Source of the DNA: Yuukianura sp. NJ FZ-2021
Lineage: Eukaryota
DNA: 64,000 bases
Assembly (NCBI GenBank): GCA_046563655.1
Contig: CM102290.1
Coordinates: 13,144,001 to 13,208,000 of the forward strand
Direction of reading: 5' to 3'
The notes below the pieces were generated by a model, which was not told the origin of the DNA, did no database searches, and was given only the letters and a program-made list of their open reading frames with translations. This document shows positions 24,026 through 37,478 of the stretch, in pieces; the first letter of the stretch is position 1; each line of letters begins with the position of its first letter. Both the position numbers and the translations under genes were made by a program.

Positions 24026-26379
24026 CTTAGGAGTGATCCCTGAAGAGTGACACAGTGAGTTGTTGGTCTCTAGACGACAACGGCGGGTACTTTGGAATGT
24101 GGCAAGGTTAGGCTAAAGTGCTGACATGGAATTGGAGGTAAACGGTGAGTGTTTTAGGGCATGTAAGAGGAAATTATCATTGGGTTTGGCTGGCTGAGGT
24201 GGATTGGAGTTCTTGAAGGAAGGAAGGCTTTTGGAGAAAGCGTCTCTGGATGTTGAACCTAAAGTTCAAGTTCTCTTTTGCCCGATCCGGGAGACACGGA
24301 GGAATGCGTAGTACTACTCTGAGGTTGGCATTCGGTGAGAACAGAACTTCACCACCCTCCCAAATATCATTCTTCTTCGTTCTTTCACTTGGGAGCCACC
24401 GAGGTTCCGCCGGTCCCTGGAGTAAGCCATCACATACCAACCTGGGCCCCACTTTCAAACATTCCCACTAAAGCTACACAACTTCTTCCAATAACAAAAT
24501 TTCGGTGCTTACTAAAAAATTGTTACACAAAAAAGTAAATTTTCAACCAGTTTTTGGAATTTTATGGTGCAGTTCCTTCAAAAAAAATTAGACTTGGACG
24601 AATTAGTTTGAACTCATTTTTTGTGCACATTTTTCTCCGGAATCATTGAAAACCGGACGAACTTGATCTGTTTCTACACAAAAATTTAATTAACCAAAAA
24701 TATTGAAATCCTGAGAACTTTTTTTTGTGTTGGCATTGGAAAGTGAATCGTCCAAAAAAGTTGTAAAACTCACAATTCTTGGGTTACTTGGAACAATTAC
24801 TTCATAGCCTTTATGAAAATGGTGATCAGTTGACTTAACTTTTCCACGAGGTCATAAACTCTCCACGAGTGAAGGGTTTTTATAACCCCTGCAGTTCAAC
24901 TTTACTTTTAATACAGAAGTTAAATGGTTAGTAAGTGGCAGTGCAGTGGATTTTATTAGTTTCTTAACTCTTGAACAAACGAAGAAAGCATTTATTGGAA
25001 AAAAGACGGCGGTATTACTGGGAATGTACAGTGTTGTTCACGAAAAAAGAGACACCGACAAACTCAAAAGTTGATTTTAAAATTGTGCGGGGAGGTGAGC
25101 AGGAATGTCAAAAATATTTGATCTGCATCTCCGTAATGTTAATTAAAAAAAATCCGGATTTTTTAATATGTATTTATTTAGTTTTTACTATTAATTGATT
25201 TAATTAAATTAAATAATTAAATTAATATTTATTTAATAATATTTATTCATTTATTTATTTGCCAATGCCCTTAATGTTAAATAAGTAAATGCTAGGGAAT
25301 TTTTAAAAACTTATTAAAAAAATTTTTTTTATCAATATTTCTGGCAGCTTGGCACATATTTTTGACACCCCTGATGATGAGTAACAAATTCGAAGAAAAT
25401 AATTCACGCAATATAAATTTTTTGTACATCAGTTTTTTGCTATCAATCTCCCCCCAGAATTTGCTATTTTTGAAAAAATTCCATGGAAACGGTTTTGGGG
25501 TGTCTACTTTTTTTTTGTGAACGCTGTACAAAGTTCTTACAAAAATTTGAATTGAGCGGAAATGATTTGTGGTTCTTTTTTTTAACTTGAAGGGAAACTT
25601 GATGTGTGCGGAGTCAACGTGACAGGAGATGACAAATAGGCAAATTCCTGTAAGTTGCAAAATAATTAGTACCGTTAGAAACTTAAATACTTTGTTCGGG
25701 GGTGAGGCTGAGAGAGAATCTTTCGGGACTGTTTGCATATTATTTGTGTAATGGCTCCACTTCATCATCATCATCATCAGCAGATTTTACTTTGCAATTT
25801 GGCAAACATTTTTTGGCAAACTGACCATGATTACGTTTTTTAAAAGTCTTTTCGGTGTACGTTAACATTTTAATTTTGCGAATGAGTGAGCATGAACAAC
25901 AAGAGAATCCTTGTCGGCCTTCCAAAATTTGTTGTAATGTTTCTAATTTGTCAATTTGAACATTTTTTTTAAAAGTTCATTCCTGAGATAGAATGTCTTC
26001 GTTGTTTGTTGAATTTTTTTTTGTGTAATTTGTGCCGAAAGGAATATCCATGTTGTCTTGAAACAAAAGAAGAAATGAATTAGTCTTCCTGCCATTTCAT
26101 CGCCTTCTTTGCTTTTTTTTTTGGAAACTTAAGAAAAAAAAGTTTGAAAAAGAACAGTTTTTGGTCATGCACTTCTGTTTATAGTTCGTGAGGAGGAACG
26201 ACAAAGTAAGTCTAAAGGGGAAGTTGATGATGGGGAATGTGTCATCCGAAACATCCCCCTCCCTGGGAGCCCCAGCTCTACTAGTAATTCTAAAAACAAC
26301 ATTTCCTAATCCAAGAAGCGACGTAATGACACGGAGAGTGTTAGAAACTGAGTCTTAAGGCCTCCAGTTGCAGCTAACT

Positions 26380-26809
26380 TACCCTAAATACTCGAATATA
26401 CCGCGATTTTTTAACGTTTTTCGCACCCGAGAAACAAAAGAAAAAATCGGCAAAAATATGTCTAGCAACAAGCTAAAACCCAATTTTGAATTCTTAAAAC
26501 TGATTTTTTACCGTAAATCCTCGCTTAAATCGCTTATATATAAACTGTTTCGTACTCGATAAAAAAAAAAAAGGAAATAATCGGCTAAAGCGTATCTCAA
26601 ACGAAACAAAAGTTAAAACAGCGCCATGAATTCTAAACATTGATTTTACCCTAAATCCTCGCTCATACCGCATACGGTATCTAAAATTTTTAGCGCGCGA
26701 GAAAACAATGGGTAAAATCGGTTAAAATATATAGCAATTGCTGCAAAAATGAAAGAGCGTTGATTTGTAGTAAAGTTACACTGTGCAATATATGCGAGGA
26801 TTTAGGGTA
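26380..26809. mobile_element. MITE with TA-CCCTAAAT termini and internal TIR copies
   Basis: TACCCTAAATACTCGAATATA ... TATATGCGAGGATTTAGGGTA, with internal TACC(G/C)TAAATCCTCGC at ~26509 and ~26647. Confidence 0.65.
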
Positions 26810-28030
26810 GCAATGTAGTAGATGCCAGCTTATGAAGTACACTCTTTCTGAATGGGTTCTGAACGAGCTGAACCGAGGAGACTTAAGGATGTGGTGGCCC
26901 GTTCTGCTCTGGTTCTGGTCTGAGACTGATGGAAGAGACTTTTGACAGGCGGAATTTGTCATAATCTGTCATCTGAACGGGTTGATAATGGTGGGAGGAA
27001 GCTGCAAATTATATTTGGAATGACAAATGTTGTTCATAAGACAGGCTTGAGCACTGATTTTCTCCATGTCCTCATCATTTACTTCCTAAACTCCACACAC
27101 TCTCTAAAAACACCTAGTCATGTCAACTTTAAAACCGAGAAAGGACTGACTAGTAATGAGGAGGGACAGCCATATGAATTTCAAGTGCTGATTGGCACAG
27201 TGTAACTTTTTAAATTTTTTTGGCGGGTTTTGTAGCAGGAGTGCTTGGTAGAGAAATTTCACGTTTTTTTCTACTTTTTGTATTTTTTTTTTGTTTTTGG
27301 CCTCATTTTCCTACTTTGTGGAAGTTAATGTTAGTTTTTTGGAAAGCGGAGGTTAAAATTGGAAACCTTAAGGAGCTTTAAAAGTTTACTTTATTGTGCG
27401 GCTGATTGACATGTTTTAGTACAGTAGAAGCTTTAGGCCGATGTTTGTTCCTTTCTCCTCTGGTCGGAAGTTGAGTTTTGATAGAGGAGAGGCTGGGTTG
27501 CCAGAATTTTATTTCTTTCGAGAGAAGATGAAGCTAAACTGTCCAAAGAGAAATGTTCTGTCAACAAAAATAATAAAGAATGAAGGGCCTAGGTTGGAGT
27601 GGGTGGAGTCAATGTTCTGGAAGGAGATGAACAAGGAAACACTTCCTGTACGAAGGTATATGATCATAAAGTTCTGTTAGCCCATATGAACCCGGTTCGG
27701 AGAAAACAAGTTTCAAAGTACTTTCTCTCCCGGGTTCTTCCCAGGCAATACACTAACTACGTTCTAATGGGAAATGTCTTCTAGAGCACAACAACCAAGG
27801 CAGGAGAAACCTTAGAAACGTAAATGCAATTTCTAGGTTTTTTTTTTGAATATATCAAGACTTTCACTCTCAGGTTTTTTTTCAAAATCTAAGAAATTTT
27901 TCAATTCCTTGGAGATGCAGTTTACTTGAATTCTAAACCGAATCTGTGCTCTGTTTCTTTCTCAAGTCAAATATTCTTGACTAATTTTTTACATTTATAG
28001 ATTTTTTTTTTATAGTGAATCGAAAAGGGA

Positions 28031-28198
28031 TACCGTATTTCCTCGCATATAGTGCGCACCAGAGTATAATGCGCAGATAATTGAAGGAAAACGATTAAAT
28101 ACAGTCTACAGTGGACAAGGAGGCACCATGCCCCGGTTCTACTTTACTTTTTCCCGTGCCTATTAAAATGCATGCATTATATGCGAGAAAATACGGTA
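28031..28198. mobile_element. CCGTA-terminal Tc1/mariner-type MITE
   Basis: TACCGTATTTCCTCGCATA ... TATGCGAGAAAATACGGTA; same TIR as 19434. Confidence 0.8.
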
Positions 28199-28824
28199 TT
28201 TTTTCCAAATGTATGAATATTCTTGGATTTAACTTAATTCCATGCTAGTAATTGATCGGCTTTTGTTCTTTATGAAGTTGGAGTTTGACGTTTCTAAATA
28301 ATTGCATAGCTAAACTTCTTTTTTTGTCGTCTTAAGATTCTATTACAGTTTATGGTTAATAGCCTAATTAAAAAACGAGTTCCCAGAGTCCTTGTGTTTC
28401 ATGGTTTTTGTTGCTCATGTTCTTCGGTTACATTTTATGGTTTGAGTTCATTTGTTTTACCGTTATGTCCAATGGAATCAAGGCCAGCGTTTGAATAAAT
28501 CCACTTATTCTAAATTACAACTTTAATTGATTTCGTTTTGTTACAAAGTAAAAAGAAAAGGAGAAGTCACAATTTTGGTTGACTGGCCCTGATCGTATCA
28601 GATTCAGCCAAGTCTCTAGAGACCAATTAGTGGAGATCTATACTTCTCAAAGCTCTTTTAGAGTAGGAAATGAGAGAAACCTTAATAGAATTTCTGATTC
28701 TCAACTATTTGGATTCTCATTCTGTGTAATTTGATGAGGAAAACGGATGAGTTGCTACGAATGGAGCTTTATAGTTGAAGCGAAATATTGAATCTTCAAC
28801 GTAATTAATTTCTCTGCAGTTCCG

Positions 28825-29162
28825 GAAATTGTAGTACAGTATTTATCAGCGTATAACGCGCAATAAAATATCACTTGACAGTATTTGGAATTATGCTAGT
28901 ACCCTATTAATCGGCGTATAGCGCGCAATAAAATATCACTTGACAGTATTTGGAATTATGCTAGTACCCTATTAATCGGCGTATAGCGCGCACTGAAATA
29001 TCATTTGACAGTATTTGAAATTGTGGTAACACCCTATTAATCGGCGTATAGCGCGCACTGGCATATCATTCGACAATATTTGGAATTGTGGTAGTACCGT
29101 ATTAATCGGCGTATAACGTACACTGAAATATCGTGTAGTAGTTAGTTGGAATTGTGGTATTA
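28825..29162. repeat. Minisatellite, 65-bp unit, ~5 copies
   Basis: TATT(A/T)ATC(G/A)GCGTATA recurs at 28840, 28905, 28970, 29035 and 29100. Confidence 0.95.
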
Positions 29163-31169
29163 GGAGTGTCTAGTGTTTCCAGAAAGTTAGAAGGGATATA
29201 GATATCGAATTTATCTCTGTTATCTCAATTTGTCCTTTGTGGTGGTAAAGTAGAATGAAGTTATCGAAGGAGTGTGTGGTACAGAATGTATTTTCAATTT
29301 GGTTCTGATCGTTGGAAACCTAATCGACTAATCACGGTGACAGAGTAATGGACAGAAGGAGGATCAATTCACTCCTGCTGGAATTCGTTCCTGGACAATT
29401 CCTGGACACTTTTATGTCCTTGGACGGAGTATCCACAACTCTAATCCGGATGATTCTAGTTCCAGTACTATTTGGAGCAGTAGCCCATAGTTTGTCGTGT
29501 CATCTAAAAGTTGTGGACGAGAACAAGGAGAGGAGCTGGGAATAGTTTTATTTTGTCCATCTCCTTAAACTTTTCCTCTGACTTTCTCCTTACTTTCTCT
29601 CCACTTGTCTGTCCATCTCTTTCTCTCTCTCTCTTAAGTTTCTCCTTCCTTCCTAATGGTTTCGTTATTGTGTTGCTCTGTCGTGACAGGAATGGAAAAG
29701 TGTTTTCCATTAGCGAAATTGTGCTCATAAATTCCCTTCTCAGTGTTTTCTTACTACTACTGTTGTCTCGGCATTCTTACAATAGGAGGAATTGTGTGTT
29801 ATTCGTTGGTTCAGGAGTAGCACAAGTCTTTTCTTTTGTTTCTTTTTTTGAAACTGTCTTTTGGCTCTAAGTGATATATATATTTTCTGGGGCGGATTTA
29901 AGACTGGGGAAGACTCAGTTTTTGTATTTACTGTTTGCTGTTCTTAATGCAATTTCCATCCCTCATCCTTCCTTCTGGTGGGGATTAGGAGGAAAAGTCA
30001 TTGTTAATCTTATGCAAAGCATTTCATTACTTTCACTACGAGAGGAGTGAAAGTCAAGACTCCAAGCCAAAATGGAAACAAATTCAGGCTGTTGTTACCG
30101 TATATACTGGTGTATACTGTTTATAGTTTATACTGTTTAACTCTTTGTTCCACTTTGGCTCTGGTTGTAAATATCAAAATGTCTACAGTTTTGGAACACA
30201 AAGTTCGCCGTCGTCGGTTGGAAGCGACTGTTGAAGTTGTTTATGCGGCGACAGAGACGACTTTTTTGTGTTTCATATTTTGGAAGTAAGTGTGAAAGTA
30301 GTTTTTTGGATGATCCAATATTTTTTCCTTGGTTTCTTGACTTTTTGACATCGTCATTAAAATTTGGAAACAGATTGCTTCGAGAATTTTGTTGAAAAAA
30401 GGAACATTGTGTGGAGGTTTTGGATTTGTGACACTTTGGTGTCACAAATGTTGAGGTTGCGGTTGTTTTGTAGGAGAAGAAATGCGTAGTTGACAGAAAA
30501 ATTTTGAAAGAAAAAATAAGTGGATGATGGAGTGATGGGAATGTGAAAGATGCATTACTCTTGCCAGTCTCATATGAGACTAGAATCCATCCATGTCTTG
30601 ATGTAATAATAAATTTTTGTGCACAATCAGCAACCACTTCAACTAAAAATATTTTGTAACGAGCGTTTTTTAGAGGAATGTCAGTTTTTTGGTAGTACTT
30701 GGTACGTTACGTACCAAAACTAGATGAGATGCGTAAGTAGAAACTAAAATTTCGGGAATTCTGAAATTTTATCCCGAAATGTGTAGATTTGAGTAGATTG
30801 GAGTAAGTTTGGTGCAGGAGAACATTTAGAGCTCTACTACTGATGATAGGCTGTCTACTAAATCTAAATTTCTCTCTTCATTTCATTACCTCCTCTCTTC
30901 ACTTTTGCTTTCTCCTTTATGAGTTGACTGTTGGGCAAGTGAAGGCTTAATTCCTCCCATTCAAAGTTCCCTTTAGTAAGAGAGTGCCAAAATTTCATTT
31001 AATCGCAAGTGTAAGCCCGTGGTTGGTGAACGGGAAGATCACTTTGGCATGGCCAGCTTTCACTTCTGTCAATTAATCAAGCCAGAGTTCCAAAATAGGC
31101 CGTGCATTGTTTCGTGTGTCGAATACATCCAATTTTCTTAGCGAGAGAGCGATATAACTTAATAAAGTC

Positions 31170-31702
31170 GTAATAAACAGCGGTTGAAATCTCGAATGTA
31201 AAGAAGTAGCGATGATGATAAATTGACCTTTGACCTGGAGCACAGTGGAGAACAGTAGTACACAGTTAAGAGTCGTCGTGCACTGCGCACATAACAATTA
31301 TGAATGACCTTTGACCCACTAGTATGTTACTCGAAAGTCAACTTACTGGGGCTATGCCAAGGTTGCTATAGCGGCCATTTGCACAAATGCCGTAACAGGT
31401 TATGCCATAACTCGGATTTAAAAAAGAAACTTTTTTGGAACAATGTTGGACCAATCCCACTTTACTTTACATAGCGCGAGGCTAACAACTCGCAAAAAAA
31501 ATACAAACAATTTTTTAAAAATAGGAGTATGACATAACCTGTTAAAAAAATTGGATTTAAACAACCTTGGGGTTATCCGGTCAAATGGGGAAATAAATCA
31601 TGGAAATGTTGGGCCGCTTCTGAGATAATTGTTGCCATTGGACGAACAGACAGACCGACAGACAGACATGGTCGATGCATATAGTAGCTTTCGCTGTTTA
31701 AT
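31170..31702 (-). mobile_element. DINE-1/Helentron-like element interrupted by a CAAGG-terminal MITE (31358-31569)
   Basis: AAGTAGCG at ~31204, TGACCTTTGACC twice, and (CAGA)n plus GCATATAGTAGCTTT at 31650-31692. Confidence 0.65.
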
Positions 31703-32409
31703 AACTTTGTTGTCTACGTATTGAGGATGAAAATGAGATTGCGGGTCAAAGGTCATCGTTTTTCTTGTTTAGTGGAGTGTTTTTAATTGCATCGTGCGGA
31801 TGTTAAGCTATAGTCGTATTTTGTGAGTTAATGAGGAATGAGACAAGGGGCTGATGAACGATTTTTAAGAGTTGGAGGTTGGGCATAAGAGAATTCGGCG
31901 GAGAGAGGAGGATTAAAATGTGGCAGGAAGCTGTTTAATGGGATCCTTGTCAAGGAGTATCCGACTCCTTTGGGAAGATTTATGGGTGGCAGGAGAGGTC
32001 AGGGGCCTTTTAAGGAGCAGGTCGAATAAGGTAAAAGTTTTAGAAAGTTGAACAAGCACGGGGAGAGGACAGCGGAGTGTTGAGTGGAATTAATTCTTGC
32101 CTCGACGATGCTTCCCGCACTTTCTCTGGATTCGTTAAGGACTCGGAGGAGCTGTGAAAAGTCAAGTGCTGCGTAGGGGTGAAATTAGTGAAAGCCCTTC
32201 TGTTATATCTAGTTGTGTACTGAAGAGGGTACACAATTTTACTTAAATTAAGAAAAATGGAGATGAAATGATAGGAAAGTGCTGCAGGGCAGAGGAAGCT
32301 AAGCCACCAGTTAGAGAAAGTGGTTGTGTTTGGGGTTGTGGAACATAACAAGGGAACAAACTGATTTAATTGTGCTAGGGAATAAGGAAAGCTCTGGGGA
32401 AAGGCAGAG

Positions 32410-32960
32410 TACCGTAAAAGTTCTCATAAACGCCCGGGCGTTATCAAAAATAGTTACGTTTAGCCGTGGCGTTTGTGCAAGAATGACATTCCGAGGAATA
32501 GAGGCCGGCGCTTATTATTTGCAGGAGAGTTCGCTATAGCAGAAAACCAAGGTTCTTTAAATTGAAATTTTGTTTGGTTTTTCTTAACAGGTTTAACTCC
32601 TTTTTTCAAATTTCCAAATTTTTTTTGAACTGCATATTTGAGGCGTTAGCAATTCGAGATCAAAACTATGACTCAGCAATTTGAAAATTTAAAAAATTTA
32701 AAAAGATTATTGTGAAAATCGACAAAATTGGTAGAAAATTGGTACGAAAGTTGTTTCTTTCGTGTTTTTTTTAATCGGAGATATGGCATAACCTGTTAGT
32801 GCATTTTTATAAATGGGTGCTATAACAACGTTGTAGAAAACCGTGCGTAGACGCACGGGCTTTTATTTCACTCGTGGCATTTAAACAACTAGTGTTACGG
32901 AAAAGGAGTAAAAGTTAATATTTGTAAATCGCCCGGGCGTTTATGAGAGGTTTTACGTTA
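32410..32960. mobile_element. CCGTA-terminal Tc1/mariner-type MITE with nested CAAGG-family MITE (32548-32833)
   Basis: TACCGTAAAAGTTCTCATAAACGCCCGGGCG ... CGCCCGGGCGTTTATGAGAGGTTTTACGTTA. Inner TSD CAGAAAAC/TAGAAAAC. Confidence 0.8.
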
Positions 32961-34269
32961 AACGTCTTTTGATGAGGAAATTATAAAAGGAATGAAAGTG
33001 GAGGTAAATGAGGCTTTAATTTCTCAGCCGTTTGTTCCCATCTCTGTTATTATTCATTAATTTCGTCTTTCCCGTGGCTCTCTTCGGTGAAAAAGAGAAA
33101 GCATCAACTGGATTTGCGGTAGAAACAACATTCGTTGCCTAGAAACCACACTTTTGAGGAGGGAAAGTGTGCGGAAGATGTGCATCTACGGTCAAGTCCC
33201 AGTCAAGTGACGCTTCTGGATTCAACTTAATGTCTGACTGTATAATTTTGAAGTCTGTCCCATTTATCCCTGCCACTCCAGGCACCTTTTGAACTTGGCG
33301 GGAGAAGTCTTCGTTTTGAAAATGAAGTTCTGGTGCTGGTTTTTGGTTCTCCAAGTGCACTGATGCTTGTACTTTTTCAGCCTAATGGGGTCCCCTCTCC
33401 TTGACTTGACAAATTTCCATTTCATTTTCCAGTCATTTGGCTCCACTTACTTATGCTTTATAGTTGAATAATTTCCTTACCCCTACTTACACGTGCTCCG
33501 CTCGTCTACTGTTGTTTGACGGCTCAACAGTTCATGTGCTGTTCAAAAACTGGCAGCATCCGAGTAGCTCCGGTAACCGACTACGTCGTTTTTTAAAAAT
33601 TAAAGATGAAAAATTTTTAAATTGAGTTTTCTGTCGCTAGATGTGTAAGTAGCTTGAGATAAATTTTAATTAACGCTGCTAGTGATGACTTTTAAAAAAA
33701 TGAATTTGAAAATCATTTAAGACCGGTGTACAATTTTGTAACATGAGCGCAAAAGTGAGCTTTTATGAATGATTGAATGTCACTTCGCTGAACATTTTGA
33801 AAGTTGCGGTAGTTAGGCGTGACGGCCTTTGTCAAAATTTGTCAAAAGCGTCCAGTAAGTTTCTGTTTTATGAAAGCTCAAAGACGTCTAGCACACCGTA
33901 GCACACCAAAGTTTTGACCACGAAGTTTAAACTTTGTTTTGAAATAAGTTTGCACCTTGTACTTAAATATTACCGTATTTTGTTGCCTATAAGATGCACT
34001 ATCATGTAAGACCTAAGTTTCATCTAAACCGACCAATCACAGCGTGTTGCAATTTGAGAGACTCTTCTGTAAGTGCTTTGTGATTTATCTTAATGTTAAT
34101 ATTGTATAAAGTGTAGGAAGCAGTGAGCATCCTCTGAGTGACAGGAAAGAGTGAACTTCCCTCTCCGAAAACAAAACTCCCTTCCGGTTTCCTTTATTTA
34201 TTAAGTTATGTAGACTTTTTTGACGGGACGAAGTTTCTAAGAAATTCCTGAGTGTAAGAGCTTGACATT

Positions 34270-34345
34270 GCACCGTGGAAATTAAAAGGCACACCGTCAA
34301 ATTTAAAAGGCACACCGTGTATTTTTTAGGGCACACCGTGGAACT
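34270..34345. repeat. Short minisatellite, 21-bp unit, ~3.5 copies
   Basis: GCACACCGT...TTAAAAG recurs four times. Confidence 0.75.
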
Positions 34346-35166
34346 TTAGGTTAGGTTTTCGGTGGAATGTAAAAAGCGTGCCTATTAAGAGATGGATGCT
34401 TGAATATTGGGAAGTGCTTGACGCTTTTTCTGGAGAGCAGGAGAGGTTCCGGTTGGAGGAACCCTGGTAGGCTGGAGAGCGGGAGATTTGAATGGAGAAA
34501 GTCTTGTGCATATTTTAAAGTGAAAGTTCTTAGTAGATGTAGAAATGGGGCGCAAATAAAAGAGGATGAGCAAGTTTCCAAGTATTTTCATAAATCCGAT
34601 CTGGTTTCTCTTGAGAACGGGGATTTGGAACGACCTGGAGTAACTTCTCTTCAGCTCTTTAAAAGAGTCACCACAGTCCTAGTTGACATTTTGTGAGGAA
34701 AAACCTTAAGTGTGTGTGGCTTCCTGTTTTCCAAGAATACTTTCTCCTGGTGTGCTGCGGAGATAAACTTTCAAGTTTCCAAACTCATCGTCATCAATGT
34801 CAGAGGGTTACGTACATACGGGAGGAACTTTTAGAATAATGGGGTGGATTCTAAAAAAATAGAAGTGTGAAGGTAGTGTTGAATTGACAGGTTCAAGGGC
34901 CCTCTTAAGGTTTCAATCAGCATTCCGGGCCCTTAACCTGTCTTTTCTGTCATTCTTGGAAAGGCGTGATGGCGGGAGTCCTCCTGGGACCGATTTTCCG
35001 AATTTTACAAACTTTTTGGATTATTAAACATCAAAGATTCGGTTTTCGGTTAAGATAAGGTTTCAGATTTCGAATTTTCTGGATTCTTTCCTGCATTTTA
35101 AACATGAAATTTCATCGTCAGATGAAAGATTTCCTCTGGTTTTCTATAAAAAGTCTACGTTTGATT

Positions 35167-35471
35167 CAGTGTTAGAACGGAGATATTTCACTTTTCAGTG
35201 AAAAATGAAAAAGAAAGTGAAAAAAACTGAAAAATACACGAAACGAAATAAAAATTTTCATCTTCTTTAATTTCTTTCACTGATAAGCTGAATTTATTTC
35301 ACTTTCTTTCAATTTATTTCATTGACATGACAAAAAACGTAGATGAAATTTTCAGTTAATTTCACTTTCTTTCAGTTTTTTTTTAATTTTTCACTTTTTT
35401 TTTTGAATTTATTTCAGTTTCTTTCACTGAAACGAAAAAAACTACCCGACTCTGAAATATATACAACACTG
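35167..35471. mobile_element. hAT-like AT-rich MITE
   Basis: CAGTGTT...AACACTG termini; TSD GTTTGATT/GTTTTACT (6/8). Confidence 0.65.
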
Positions 35472-36435
35472 GTTTTACTGAATTTTTTTTAAGGAATCGC
35501 AGTTTTTGATGACCAGAATTTGCTTACTTTTGGAAAACAGCATTTTCCAGGAGGTGACAAGTTAAGATTTTGAAAAAAATGGTGTGCTTGATGTGAGAAG
35601 TGTTTTATGTATGGCAAATGTGAAGGAGAGAGATGGATCCATATGGTTCAGTGCATTAGTACGTCGTCGCTTAACTTTTCCAACGTTATTTTTCAAACGT
35701 CATCTCTCTCCTGTTTAATATTTTCAGACGTTAGGGATTGTTCGAAGGCCCACTTTTGTATAAAATGCGTAGCTCAAATAGCTTCTAATGGTGTGGTGCT
35801 AGGTCTGAAGTTGATGAGAGAAGGCTCTGGGTGGATGATTATGCTTTTTAGTTAATGACGGAAGGAGGTGAAAAGGAGAAGATGAAAAACGTCATTTTAA
35901 GCCAACTTTTTCCTCCAAAACGTATTACGAAGTGCTAGAAAACTTTTTGTACTTATGACATATCGAGAGAGAAAAAGAGTAGGATTTGAGAGAAAGGAAA
36001 AAAGTGAAAGCTCTGCTGAGGTTTTTGCCTAAAAGTGTGTCGCATAGTGATGGTTTATATTTCATGTAATAAAGTGGAATGGTGTCCTAGATGTTCGGAA
36101 TGAGCTTAACAAGTTCCATTTTCTGCTCTGGGTCTCAGCGGAGTTTGTCACTGGAGGCTGTACGGAAGGAGGGTGAAAGTCGTGGCTTCTATTTACGTCG
36201 TCCTTGAAGCAATTCCGGACTGTTTTCATTCTATGGAAGAACAAAGGCGTCTAAGTGGATCCTCTCCTATTCATCTCTTTCCAAAATAATAGGTTGGTGG
36301 AACCCTATCTTTTCATTCAGGAACTGGTTACTGTCCTCAAGCCAGAAGATGCTGGAGATGCTGCCTACACACCAAGGATCCTGGCGAGATGCTGCCCAGG
36401 AATGCTGAAGATGCTGCCCAAGAATTCTGGAGATG

Positions 36436-36705
36436 CAGGGTTCCTTGACAACGAAAAGTTAATTTTCTTTAATAGGTTGAGTACTATCTGGCTTGTTGAC
36501 AAAAAAAGCAAAAAAAAAAATTGGTACCAATATTTGTATCAATCCAAAAAATTGTTACCAATTCGTATATAAAATTTAAAAATTCGGCTGTATTGCTATG
36601 ACTACGATGCGCAGAAATGAAATGACACATTTTTTTTTCAAAATCGAAAAAACATGAGCTATTATTACTCAACCTCTTAAAGAAAATCAAAGTCAACAAA
36701 CCTTG
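36436..36705. mobile_element. CAAGG-family MITE
   Basis: Homologous to 4204-4456; flanked by CTGGAGATG/CTGGAGATT. Inserted in a degenerate GATGCTG minisatellite. Confidence 0.8.
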
Positions 36706-37478
36706 CTGGAGATTCTTCCCGCTCAACTGCTCACTTCCTTTGACTTTTTAAGTCTCTTCGGGCTATGGACAGAAAAAGTGAAAGTTGGGAGTTTTGTTTG
36801 GTGAAGCGTAGGGGATTGACTTTTTTTTTTAGAAAGGAGGGTGGTTGTGATTTAGGAGTGAAAGGTTATGGGGTTTGGTTGGATGGTGGATGCGGAGAGT
36901 GTGAATTTGAATTGGAAGGTTCTTAGTATGTAATATCCTAAGTAAATGGTTGTAGGGAAAGTAAAAGTTTTCCTTTCTGTGGAATTAGGTTTTGATGCTG
37001 CTGGGCTCCTTCCCCCTTCAGGAGGGTGGGATGCTGAGGTGGAGAAAGTTCGAAATTTGGAAGTTCGCTGGTCGGTGAAATTTAGAATGTTGGAATTCCT
37101 TACATGGAATGTTGTGGACAAAGGAGAAAGTGGCTAGACTTACTTGTTATGGACGCCACCTTCTCTCATTTATGTTTCTAATCTCTGTCGGATGAGAGCG
37201 GGAAAGTAACTTTGAAAGCGCTTAACTTCCTGGGAGAGTGTAAATGGAGCCAGAGTTTCTAAAAGTCTGTGGAAAATGTCCCATAATTCCTCCGCTGGCT
37301 GTTTCAACATGAAACGGAATATTGCGTGCTGGAAGGTAACGTTTCCGATGTATATTGAACAGTTTAGTACTTTCTAGATTCGGTGAAAGGCCAGAGAAGA
37401 AAGGAGAACAAGGTGGAATACATTTGGGATGAAAAAAAACAGAGAAAAGATCGACTACTTCTTAAGATAAAATGGAGT

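Noticed and set aside
25292..25777. 161-aa ORF beginning MMMMM
   Set aside because: The start comes from a (CAT)n microsatellite and the end runs into an AT-rich MITE; no domain is recognisable.
28825..29162. 65-bp periodic array as a CRISPR array
   Set aside because: The whole unit is repeated with no unique spacers, there are no cas genes, and the context is eukaryotic.
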